A DNA stretch of 64,000 nt from Candidatus Poribacteria bacterium (GTDB lineage: Bacteria; Poribacteria; WGA-4E; WGA-3G). A model generated the notes under the pieces. It saw only the letters and a program-made list of their open reading frames with translations, was not told the DNA's origin and made no database searches. The DNA lies in assembly GCA_965242965.1 (NCBI GenBank), contig OZ251518.1, positions 2,720,001-2,784,000 of the forward strand. The letters run 5' to 3'. Each line of letters starts with the position of its first letter. The stretch's first letter is position 1. The translations under genes and the position numbers were made by a program. Below, piece after piece: positions 1-9,304 of the stretch.

Positions 1-3000
1 GAAACCGGATATCAAACAGAACGCTGTTATCCAATCATTGGCTCAGCACCTCGGCTTTGATGTAGATGCGCCGTGGAAGGCGCTCGCACCTGAACACCAG
101 CACGCTATCCTCTACGGCACCGGCGATACCACCATCTCTTTTACACGGCCGCCTATCAGAGGCAATGCGCGCTCGCGCCGATACCTCGGACGGTTTCAAG
201 GCATCATCCCCGCGCAGGAACAGGTATATCAGGGACTGCCCGAAGAAGATTTGCCCGAATTTTTTGTCAACATGCCGTGCCGCGAATGCAACGGCAGCCG
301 CCTCACCCCCGCTGTCAACGCTGTCACCCTTAACGGCACGCCTATCACCGAGGTGCTAGCGATGTCCATTGAAGATGCTGCCGCCTTCTTCAACGCGCTT
401 GAACTCCCACCGCGCGAAGCATTCATCGCCACTGAATTGTTAAAGGAGATTCGCGGGCGGCTCGGATTCCTCCAGCATGTCGGATTAGGCTACCTCACGC
501 TGGCTCGTTCTGCACCGACACTCTCCGGGGGAGAATCGCAGCGGATACGGCTCGCCAGCCAAGTCGGCGCGGGCCTGCGCGATGTTATCTATGTTCTCGA
601 TGAACCTAGCATCGGGCTGCACCCCCGAGATCACGCAGGACTCCTATCAACCCTCATTAACCTCCGTAATCAAGGCAACACCGTCATCGTTGTGGAACAC
701 GATGAAGCCACGATGCGCATCGCCGACTGGATAGTCGATTTTGGACCGGGGGCAGGTGTCAAGGGTGGTGCTATCATCGCTATGGGCACCCCCGAGCAAA
801 TTAGTGACGAAAGCGATTCACTCACGGCGCAATACCTCCGCGGTGACAAGCAGATAGTGCAGCCCGCATCGCGCCGTCCCGGTAACGAGAAGTGGGTGCA
901 AATTTGCGGCGCGCGCCAAAATAACCTCAAAGACATTCATCCGAAAATCCCTCTCGGCACGCTCTGCTGCGTCACCGGTGTCAGCGGCTCTGGGAAGAGT
1001 TCCCTCGTCCACGATATCCTCTATAACGCGCTCGCCCGCGATTTGATGCGCGCGAAGACGGTCCCCGGTGCCTACGAGAAAATCCAAGGGTTGGTTCTCA
1101 CAAAAAAGCCGTGGCTAGCGACAGAACCCCTTGCTACGGGAAGCGATGGCATCGTCAAAAAAGAAAAAGCCGTGCCTGTCTCGGAGGTAATCGACAAAAT
1201 TATCCACATTGACATGGCACCCATCGGCCGCACGCCGCGTTCTAACCCTGCTACTTATACGAAGGTGTTCGATGCCATTCGCGCCTTCTATGCCAATTTA
1301 CCGGCATCGAAATTGCGCGGTTACAAACCCGGGCGGTTTAGTTTCAACGTCACCGGTGGTAGGTGTGAAGCGTGCAGCGGCAACGGCGCGAAAAAGGTGG
1401 ACATGGGCCTGCTTTCCGATGTTTGGGTGGCGTGCGAGGTATGTGAGGGACACCGCTACAACAGCGAGACGCTCACCGTGAAATACAAAGACAAAAACAT
1501 CGCCGATGTGCTGGAGATGGATGTTGATGTCGCCCTCGCGCATTTCGCCGATATTCCGAAAATTGCCAGGCCGTTGAAACTGCTACACGATGTCGGGCTT
1601 GACTACATCAAACTGGGACAGCCGGCACCGACGCTCTCCGGTGGCGAAGCACAACGGATTAAACTATCGCGCGAACTCGCCAAACGGAGCACGGGGAAGA
1701 CGCTCTATCTCCTTGATGAACCCACGACAGGGTTGCACGTTGACGATGTCAATAAGTTGCTTTCTATCTTGCACCGCCTCGTTGATGCCGGCAATACCGT
1801 CGTCGTCGTGGAACACAATCTGGAAGTGATTCAGTCCGCCGATTATCTCATCGACTTGGGGCCGGAAGGCGGCATGCACGGGGGCAACATCGTCGCTGTC
1901 GGCACACCGGAAGAAGTCGCCGAAATACCTGAATCTTACACAGGACAGGCACTCTGCGGCCAATTTCATATCGACAACGTCAGTGACAGCAATGGAAAAA
2001 TAGCCGGCACGCCACAAGAGAACACGGCAGAACGCATTGTGAAAGACAAAAAAATCACCGTGCGCGGTGCAGAAGAAAATAACCTCAAAAACATTGACGT
2101 TGACATTCCGCACGGCAAACTGACGGTGCTGACAGGGGTGAGCGGTTCAGGCAAAACTTCGCTGGCACTGGATACGCTTTACGCCGAGGGACAACGTCGT
2201 TACATTGAGACGCTCAATACTTACGCGCGTCAATTCATCGGGCAAATGGAGAAACCGAAAGTGGCGAAGATTGATGGGTTGTCCCCTGCCATCGCCATTT
2301 CACATACGAGTCCCACGCAGCAGCCACGCTCCACCGTCGCAACGATTACCGAAATCCACGATGGACTCCGGACGCTTTATGCGCGATGGGGGCAGCCGCA
2401 CTGTCCGGATTGTCTTGAACCGGTGCTGCCACAGACTGCCCAAGAAATCGCCGAGATAGTCTTTGCAGCACACCACGGCAAATACGTTGAGGTGCTGGCA
2501 CCGCTCACCAATTATCGGATGTCCGGTCAGAACGTCGGCATGGATATGGATGCCACGCCGGGACTAAAAGGTAATGAGGACTTCCCGCAGGCTTTCCGGC
2601 GATTGCAGAAGGAAGGGTTCGCGCGCGTCCAAATCAACGGCAAAATGCATCGGCTTGATGAGGCACCCCTCCTCCACAAAGGCATCCGGCAGGAGGTGTT
2701 GCTTGTTATTGACAGGCTGGAACTGGTAGCGGAGGAAGAGAGCCGTTTTATGGAGGCAGTGGAACTCGCGCTTTCACAAGGAGAAGGGTTCGTCGCTATC
2801 CAAGAACAACATCGCGATAGGGCCCTACCAGAACAGCATTTTTTCAGTGAGCATGCGGTATGCCCATCCTGTGGGGACAATTTCCCGCAACTCACGCCGC
2901 GCCACTTCTCTTTTAACAACAAACTCGGCGCGTGCGGGTTCTGCGATGGAATCGGTAGACTGCCATTAGGCACAGGCACTGTCGGCGGATACTCGCCGGA

Positions 3001-4834
3001 AGTCTGCACACTCTGCGACGGCAGCCGCCTCCAACCGTTCCCCAGCCATGTCAGGTTCTGTGAGAAAACCATCGCGGAAGTGATGAACCTGTCCATTACC
3101 GAGATTATCCAATTCTTTGGAGAGCGCGTGGCCGCGATTGAGACAGAACTCGCCGCCAACCCAGAAAACGTCAAAATTCCAGAGGAAGTTAAGGGCCCCA
3201 CGACTTCAAGGGCGACGCACCCGTCTCTCCATGCCCACACGTCACCCGAATTTGAGGCGGAGGTTCTCCGACACCTTCAGACGCGCCTCCGGTTCCTAGA
3301 AGACATCGGACTCGGCTACCTAGAATTAGCCAGACCGGCTCCGACGCTCTCTGGCGGTGAAATCCGCAGAATTCGACTCGCCAGTCAACTCGGCAGCGGA
3401 CTCACCGGTGTTACCTATATCCTCGATGAACCGAGCATCGGGTTGCATCCCCGCGACCAGGAGAAACTCATCACGGCGATGAAGGCGTTGCGCGATATCG
3501 GTAATAGCGTGCTTGTTGTCGAGCACGATAAAGACACGATTTTAGCGGCAGACCATCTCGTGGACTTCGGTCCGCGCGCAGGCGAACATGGCGGTGAAAT
3601 TGTCGCCACAGGCGAACCGGATGTATTCACTTCCAATGGAAACGTCTTGAATGCCCGGCCCTCGCTCCAAGGCAAGGGGGAGAACGGAAACCGTTCGCTG
3701 ACGCAAGCCTATCTCTCCAATGCGCTGCAGATTCCGGTGCCGAAAAAGCGTCGGAAAGGCATCGGCAAATCGCTCACGCTCACCGGCGTGCAGACGAACA
3801 ACCTGAAGGACATTGATGTCAGGTTTCCGCTCGGCACGCTTATCGCCGTGACAGGCGTTTCAGGGTGTGGAAAGAGTTCGCTTATTGATGGCACCCTGCG
3901 GCCCGCCCTTGAAAGCCGCCGTACTGTCCAGACTGGGGAGGAAGAAGGCGAATTCGATTACGAACGCTATCGACAGATGGTGCAAGAGAAACAGCAGCAA
4001 GGGCAGCCTATCTATCGGAAGATCCGTGGCATCACGGACGTGAAACGGCTTATCAACGTAGATCAGAAACCCATTGGCGAAACACCGCGCTCCAATCTGG
4101 CAACATATACAGAGTTGTTCACGAAGATTCGTGCTGTCTTCGCCGAGCAACCCGCTGCGCGACATCTCGGCTTTGGCATGGCACGGTTCAGTTTCAACCT
4201 CAACTACGGACAGTGCGAGCAGTGTGGCGGCCATCGGTTCAACCGCGTGGAGATGCATTTCCTGCCTGATGTTTGGATGCCGTGTGAGGCGTGCGGTAGC
4301 ACCGGCTACAATGCCGACACGCTTTCTGTCCGATACAAAGGCAAAAACATCGCCGAGGTGTTGCAATTGACGGTGGCAGAGGCACTTGAACTCTTCAGCG
4401 ATGTGAACACCGTTGGTAACAACATCCGGCACGTGTTGGAAGTGCTTACGGCGGTAGGGTTGGACTATCTCTCCTTGGGACAACCTGCGACGACGCTCTC
4501 CGGCGGCGAGGCACAGCGTATCAAACTCGCGAAGGAGCTGGCACGCCGGCACGTCGGTTCCACCCTTTACCTCATGGACGAACCCACCACCGGGTTGCAC
4601 GTTGACGATGTTCAGAAGTTGCTGAAAGTGTTGAACCAACTCGTCGATGCTGGCAATACGATTATCGCTGTCGAACACAATCTGGACGTGATTAAATCGG
4701 CAGATTGGGTTATCGATTTAGGCCCGGAGGGAAGCAAAGACGGCGGCGAGATTGTCGCTACTGGCACACCGGAGAAAATTGCCGAAATTTGGACATCGCA
4801 TACAGGCCGGTTTTTACGGGAGGTGCTGTCGTGA
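1..4834 (+). CDS. uvrA: Excinuclease ABC subunit A, double-length (tandem-fused) form; 5' end lies outside the window
   Basis: Four ABC signature/Walker B sets (LSGGE..RI..A / LDEP or MDEP). Three Walker A motifs (GVSGSGKS, GVSGSGKT, GVSGCGKS). UvrA zinc-finger segments (FSFN..GGRCEAC..G, CPDC, CPSC). A second UvrA N-terminus 'ITVRGAEENNLKNIDVDIP' at ~2055. Confidence 0.95.
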   Translation, partial: KPDIKQNAVIQSLAQHLGFDVDAPWKALAPEHQHAILYGTGDTTISFTRPPIRGNARSRRYLGRFQGIIPAQEQVYQGLPEEDLPEFFVNMPCRECNGSRLTPAVNAVTLNGTPITEVLAMSIEDAAAFFNALELPPREAFIATELLKEIRGRLGFLQHVGLGYLTLARSAPTLSGGESQRIRLASQVGAGLRDVIYVLDEPSIGLHPRDHAGLLSTLINLRNQGNTVIVVEHDEATMRIADWIVDFGPGAGVKGGAIIAMGTPEQISDESDSLTAQYLRGDKQIVQPASRRPGNEKWVQICGARQNNLKDIHPKIPLGTLCCVTGVSGSGKSSLVHDILYNALARDLMRAKTVPGAYEKIQGLVLTKKPWLATEPLATGSDGIVKKEKAVPVSEVIDKIIHIDMAPIGRTPRSNPATYTKVFDAIRAFYANLPASKLRGYKPGRFSFNVTGGRCEACSGNGAKKVDMGLLSDVWVACEVCEGHRYNSETLTVKYKDKNIADVLEMDVDVALAHFADIPKIARPLKLLHDVGLDYIKLGQPAPTLSGGEAQRIKLSRELAKRSTGKTLYLLDEPTTGLHVDDVNKLLSILHRLVDAGNTVVVVEHNLEVIQSADYLIDLGPEGGMHGGNIVAVGTPEEVAEIPESYTGQALCGQFHIDNVSDSNGKIAGTPQENTAERIVKDKKITVRGAEENNLKNIDVDIPHGKLTVLTGVSGSGKTSLALDTLYAEGQRRYIETLNTYARQFIGQMEKPKVAKIDGLSPAIAISHTSPTQQPRSTVATITEIHDGLRTLYARWGQPHCPDCLEPVLPQTAQEIAEIVFAAHHGKYVEVLAPLTNYRMSGQNVGMDMDATPGLKGNEDFPQAFRRLQKEGFARVQINGKMHRLDEAPLLHKGIRQEVLLVIDRLELVAEEESRFMEAVELALSQGEGFVAIQEQHRDRALPEQHFFSEHAVCPSCGDNFPQLTPRHFSFNNKLGACGFCDGIGRLPLGTGTVGGYSPEVCTLCDGSRLQPFPSHVRFCEKTIAEVMNLSITEIIQFFGERVAAIETELAANPENVKIPEEVKGPTTSRATHPSLHAHTSPEFEAEVLRHLQTRLRFLEDIGLGYLELARPAPTLSGGEIRRIRLASQLGSGLTGVTYILDEPSIGLHPRDQEKLITAMKALRDIGNSVLVVEHDKDTILAADHLVDFGPRAGEHGGEIVATGEPDVFTSNGNVLNARPSLQGKGENGNRSLTQAYLSNALQIPVPKKRRKGIGKSLTLTGVQTNNLKDIDVRFPLGTLIAVTGVSGCGKSSLIDGTLRPALESRRTVQTGEEEGEFDYERYRQMVQEKQQQGQPIYRKIRGITDVKRLINVDQKPIGETPRSNLATYTELFTKIRAVFAEQPAARHLGFGMARFSFNLNYGQCEQCGGHRFNRVEMHFLPDVWMPCEACGSTGYNADTLSVRYKGKNIAEVLQLTVAEALELFSDVNTVGNNIRHVLEVLTAVGLDYLSLGQPATTLSGGEAQRIKLAKELARRHVGSTLYLMDEPTTGLHVDDVQKLLKVLNQLVDAGNTIIAVEHNLDVIKSADWVIDLGPEGSKDGGEIVATGTPEKIAEIWTSHTGRFLREVLS

Positions 4835-5727
4835 GCGCGCCCGACTACTACGCCTGCTTAAAGCTTGATAGAGACGCAACGGCGGCGGACATCAAAAAGG
4901 CGTTCCGTAACCTCGCGAAACGCTACCATCCAGATAAAAATCCGGAACCAGCCGCCGCGAGAAGGTTTCGCCGCATCTGGCGCGCCTATAACGTCCTCCG
5001 AGACGCAAAGCAGAAACGTGCTTATGACAAGACGCTCCGCGCAGCAGAAAGCACCGTTGCAAACCACGCCTACGGGGCACGCAAGCACCCGCACACTGCA
5101 GAGACGGTAGACAGGCTGTTTCAAGCACTGCTCCAGCATCGCTACGAGACAGGGATTGCACTCTATGAACAATTGCTGCAGCGATTTGAGAGAAATGGCG
5201 AGAAAAAAGGCGGAGGTGTAACCCTTGACGCGGTGTTGAGTTATGAGGAGAGCCGCGACTGCGAATTCCTCGTCGCCGAAGCTTACGAGAAAATTGCGTT
5301 TCAGAAAACCTGCGCGCAGGTTGCCGCGAATTACAGACAACAAGCCATCGTGCTGTATGAGTCCTTGCTCGCCGCTGAAGCGCAACGTCCCTGCTTCCGG
5401 CACTTCACCCGTGAAGTGAAGGAACGGCTGAAAATGTTATATCTTGCCTACTATAAAGATTGCACTGCTAAAATCACAGCGAGGGACGGGAAACCCTCAC
5501 CCTACGAGGAATGTGAGACTAAAGGGGTTTTATTGGGAAAAGTCCAGGCACTACACCTGCCGAAACGCGAAACGGCGTGGATTTACAAAAAAATCGCAGA
5601 ATTTTATGTTGAAATCGAACGGTACCCCGAAGCACGCGAGGTTTTGCAATTGGCGTTTGAACTGCATCCCCGACTCGCCGGTGCCAAAAAGATTTGTGAA
5701 ACGTTGAATATCGTTCAGCCAAAATAA
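4831..5727 (+). CDS. DnaJ-domain protein with C-terminal TPR-like helix pair
   Basis: GTG at 4831 overlaps the uvrA stop (GTGA). J-domain 'DYYACL...IKKAFRNLAKRYHPDKN' with HPD motif. TPR-like end 'KIAEFYVEIERYPEAREVLQLAFELHP'. Confidence 0.85.
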   Translation: MSAPDYYACLKLDRDATAADIKKAFRNLAKRYHPDKNPEPAAARRFRRIWRAYNVLRDAKQKRAYDKTLRAAESTVANHAYGARKHPHTAETVDRLFQALLQHRYETGIALYEQLLQRFERNGEKKGGGVTLDAVLSYEESRDCEFLVAEAYEKIAFQKTCAQVAANYRQQAIVLYESLLAAEAQRPCFRHFTREVKERLKMLYLAYYKDCTAKITARDGKPSPYEECETKGVLLGKVQALHLPKRETAWIYKKIAEFYVEIERYPEAREVLQLAFELHPRLAGAKKICETLNIVQPK

Positions 5728-5729
5728 GT

Positions 5730-5998
5730 GAGGGTGTTTCATAACTCCGTTTCGGTAGTTATCCCCCCTTGGGGACAGGCGAATATCAGAAGCCATCGGG
5801 CCCACCTCTGTAGTTCGGGAGCGCCCGCTCCCGAACGGGTCAGGATCAGGCGATCCTGACCTACAGGGGGGAGATACGGTCTGACAGCAAAACGCATGGC
5901 GAGGGACAGGCCCTCGCCCTACGTGAAAGGGATGCGTTTTTTTCACCGTATCGCGGGGGTTTGTCCCCGCGACGTTGAACGATATATGAAACACCCTC
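5730..5998. mobile_element. MITE-like element, 269 bp, 14-bp TIRs, 8-bp target duplication AAATAAGT
   Basis: GAGGGTGTTTCATA at 5730 and TATGAAACACCCTC ending at 5998. AAATAAGT at 5722-5729 and 5999-6006. Confidence 0.85.
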
Positions 5999-6095
5999 AA
6001 ATAAGTAGGCTGAAGCAAATACCGTATCTTCTGTCCGGTAGGCGCGGTGCCTATTGAGGGGATTTCCCCGCGTCTGTCTAATGCGGAGCATTTTG

Positions 6096-6965
6096 ATGAG
6101 AAAAAAAGTTCAATGGGAACGAATGTTCCCCGATGAATTAGAAGCGGCGTTCGCCGCGTGTCCCGGTGTCTATTTCACTTACGGCCTCTGTGAACCGCAC
6201 GGGCCGCACAACGCTGTCGGACTTGATAGTCTCAAGGCGCACGCGATTGCCTGTGCCACTGCGGAGCGGTTCGGCGGCATCGTCGCGCCGCCCGATTATT
6301 GGCACATCCACGAACACGGCATGTATGCGAATTGGGCATATCAACACGTCGGTGAAGCGCGCAGTTGGCTCACCGCTATGCCGGCGTGGCAGCACTTCAA
6401 AAACGTCTGTTATCACGTCCGTGCTGCAGACGCACTCGGCTTCCACGCCGCCATCTTCCTCACCGGGCATTACGGCCCGAATTGGGAAGATTTGAAAACG
6501 TTGCTGGAATTGATTCAACCCGCTTTTGCGATGCGCCTCTATGGCCTGCCTGACTTTGAAGCGAACACGCGCGGCTTTGAAGGGAACGAAGGGGCAGACC
6601 ACGCTGGACGCGTTGAAACCTCGTTGTTGAGTGCTTTGGACCCGGCGTGTGTTGATATGACACGGTTGCCGGAACCCGATGCCCCCGGCCCGCACTTCGC
6701 CATGGGCAAGACAGCGCACCAATCCAACCGGCAGGAAGGCGAGCGCATGGTGAACGATGAAGTTGAATGGCTCGGAAAGAAGATGCAGGAACTCTTGGAT
6801 GCGTATCCGCAGAACAGGCAGTCCCAACCGCTGACGTTCAACGAAGTGGAAGAGTTGTGGGAAGAAACGGTGAAGCCCGCGCTCAAGGATTTTAAGACGA
6901 TGCAAAATTCCGGAGAACCACCGCCGGAAAATTCACAGTGGTTTCGGCAGTGGCGCATTCCATAG
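6096..6965 (+). CDS. Creatininase-family amidohydrolase
   Basis: Motifs 'GLCEPHGPHNAVGLD', 'TGHYGPN' and 'DHAGRVETS'. Confidence 0.85.
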   Translation: MRKKVQWERMFPDELEAAFAACPGVYFTYGLCEPHGPHNAVGLDSLKAHAIACATAERFGGIVAPPDYWHIHEHGMYANWAYQHVGEARSWLTAMPAWQHFKNVCYHVRAADALGFHAAIFLTGHYGPNWEDLKTLLELIQPAFAMRLYGLPDFEANTRGFEGNEGADHAGRVETSLLSALDPACVDMTRLPEPDAPGPHFAMGKTAHQSNRQEGERMVNDEVEWLGKKMQELLDAYPQNRQSQPLTFNEVEELWEETVKPALKDFKTMQNSGEPPPENSQWFRQWRIP

Positions 6966-6971
6966 GAGGAC

Positions 6972-7724
6972 ATGATGCAAGACAAAACACGCTCTCTCGC
7001 AGAGACATACCAACAAGACGGATTTTTAACCGGCATCCCCATCGCCGATGCCACGGAAGCGGCGCGCTATCAAACCGCTTACAACGCACTCGAAGCGGAA
7101 GTCGGCGCGGAGAAATGCGAAATCGGACTCGTGGATTGGCATTTTGAACATCAATTTATCTGGGACATCGCAACGCACCCGAAGATTGTCGATGTCATTG
7201 AGGCACTCATCGGGCCTGATGTAATGTTGCTTGCCACCCACTTCTTCTGCAAGTATGGGCCTCGCGAGAAGTTCGTGGCGTGGCATCAAGACGTTACCTA
7301 CTGGGGATTAGAGCCGCCAGAAGCCGTCACGGCATGGTATGCGGTTGACGACAGCGATACCGGCAACGGATGCATGCAGGTGATTCCCGGCAGTCACCGG
7401 CACGGTATCCAAGCGCACGGCACGTCTGAACGCGCCGGGAACCTGCTCAGCATCAATCAGGAAGTGCCGGTGACAGAGGACGCGGCGGCATCAGCAGCAG
7501 ACCTGGTGCTGAAAGCCGGTGAGATGTCTATCCACCACGGGGCACTCATTCACGGCAGTCTTCCGAATCACTCCACTCGGCGGCGATGCGGACTGACGGT
7601 TCGTTATATCCCACCCACCGTGCGGCAGGCAGAAGAGAATTCGTTGAAACGGCCTTGGAAACCCATCCTCCTCCGGGGCGAAGACCGGCATCACCATTTC
7701 ACCACGGTGCCAGAACCGTTTTAA
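6972..7724 (+). CDS. Phytanoyl-CoA dioxygenase (PhyH) family Fe/2OG oxygenase
   Basis: RBS AGGAGG. Motifs 'WHQD', 'GCMQVIPGSH' and 'HGS.PN.S.RRR'. Confidence 0.9.
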   Translation: MMQDKTRSLAETYQQDGFLTGIPIADATEAARYQTAYNALEAEVGAEKCEIGLVDWHFEHQFIWDIATHPKIVDVIEALIGPDVMLLATHFFCKYGPREKFVAWHQDVTYWGLEPPEAVTAWYAVDDSDTGNGCMQVIPGSHRHGIQAHGTSERAGNLLSINQEVPVTEDAAASAADLVLKAGEMSIHHGALIHGSLPNHSTRRRCGLTVRYIPPTVRQAEENSLKRPWKPILLRGEDRHHHFTTVPEPF

Positions 7725-7726
7725 AT

Positions 7727-8635
7727 GCGGGTATTTCATAAATCGCTCACCGTCGCGGTGCCAGGCCCTTGCCCTGCGGTGCAGGCAGCAACCGTCCGCT
7801 TTCACCGTAGGGCGAGGGCCCTCGCATGCCACACGCGCATGCGAGAGGGTTTCCCTCGCCATGCCTAGGTCTATCAAACCGCTCTTTTAGGTCCGTAGGA
7901 CCTTAATGTCTATAGCTCCTCGCGCGGCGAAGACTCTTAAGGTCTGTAGGACCTTAATGTGCGCCGCACCGCGCGGCTAGTATGCTATTAAGGACCTAAA
8001 GGACCTTGAAAAGGGTGGCAGGCACGTTTTTCTATAGACATGCAGGACCTAACGGACCTGAAGAGCCGTTTTTTCAAAAGAGATTTCACCGCCGCGCGGG
8101 AGAGAATCCTGCAAATCCTAGAATCTTGTGAATCCTGATTCAGACACCTAGAGGCATCGCGGGGGACAGGCCCCCGCGCTACCGGAACCGCGACATTTTC
8201 TTCACAAAACGGCCCCTTTCACCGTAGGGCGAGGGCCTGTCCCTCGCCATGCTCCGGTCTATCAAAAAAACTCTTTTAGGTCCGTAGGACCTGAATGTCT
8301 ATAGAAAAACGCGCCGCACCCTAGCAAGGTCCGTCGGACCTTAATATTGCATCGAGACCGGGAGGGCTCTCCTACGGGGCAATCGCGGGGGACAGGCCCC
8401 CGCGCTACGGGAACGGGACATTTTCTTCACAGAACGGCCCCTTTCACCGTAGGGCGAGGGCCTGTCTCTCGTCGTGCTGCGGTCCATCAAACACCTCTTT
8501 TAGGTCCGTCGGACCTGAATGTCTATAGAAAAACGTGCCGCACCCTAGCAAGGTCCGTCGGACCTGAATGTTGCATCGAGACCGGGAGGGCTCTCCTACG
8601 GGACGCTCGCGGGGGACAGGCCCCCGCGCGACATT
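7727..8635. repeat. Intergenic cluster of GTAG-REP palindromes, an AGGTCCnnnGGACCT four-box module and a lone TIR
   Basis: CGTAGGGCGAGGGCCTGTCCCTCGCC and CGCGGGGGACAGGCCCCCGCGCTAC copies. Boxes at 7889, 7940, 7991 and 8044. Internal ~230-bp duplication. Confidence 0.9.
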
Positions 8636-8713
8636 ACCGTGATATTTTCTCTACATTCACCGAAACTTATGATATAATAATTACCAGAAAATTTGGAAAT
8701 GGAGGGACATATC

Positions 8714-8953
8714 ATGAAAGAAAAATTCGTTGGGAAGTGTTATCTCCCCGGTTTCGATCCGGCGACTTACACCGATCCGGTGCTTGAAGAATGTTATCGA
8801 ATGAAACGGGAGTTCAACGCGCAGTTCAAGACATTCGAGGAACGCCACGCGTATCTAGTAGCACAAGAAATAGAAAATCGGAAGAAGGGGCACAACTATG
8901 CGCCGATTCCGCCGCATTTGGAGCGGTATCCTCATCAGGAGGACGTAGACTAA
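8714..8953 (+). CDS. Small hypothetical protein (79 aa)
   Basis: Extended -10 (TGATATAAT, ~8670) and RBS GGAGGG. Non-repeat sequence between REP clusters. Confidence 0.6.
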   Translation: MKEKFVGKCYLPGFDPATYTDPVLEECYRMKREFNAQFKTFEERHAYLVAQEIENRKKGHNYAPIPPHLERYPHQEDVD

Positions 8954-8954
8954 C

Positions 8955-9260
8955 CGTGAGGGCTCGCGGGGGACAGGCCCCCGCGCTACGGTGAAAAAAA
9001 CGCCGCCCCTTTACGTAGGGCGAGGGCCTGTCCCTCGCCATGCCTCGGTCTATCGAACGATCGCGGGGGACAGGCCCCCGCGCTACGGGAACCGGACGGT
9101 GTTTCATAACTCTGTAGTTCGGGAGCGCCTGCTCCCGAACGGGTCAGGATCAGGCGATCCTGACCTACAGCGGTGAGGCGGTCTGACTCTCCTACGGCGC
9201 GCCATCAAACGTTCGCGGGGGAATCGAGACCAGGAGGTCTTTCCTACGGAGACATCACTC
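8955..9260. repeat. GTAG-REP cluster
   Basis: Same palindromic modules as other intergenic regions. Confidence 0.85.
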
Positions 9261-9304
9261 GCATCAAGACTTGACCCCGTCGACGACGGCTTACGGAGAG
9301 AAAC

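Noticed and set aside
4705-4830. Long N-terminal extensions in the ORF track (4705, 30887, 31846, 37408, 41018, 44724, 47657, 60665)
   Set aside because: They overlap neighbouring genes or repeats. Downstream starts fit the RBS and domain boundaries better.
7889-8060. Four-box arrays as CRISPR arrays
   Set aside because: Boxes are only ~15 bp and degenerate, linkers are shared between dispersed copies, the module is symmetric, and no cas genes are present.
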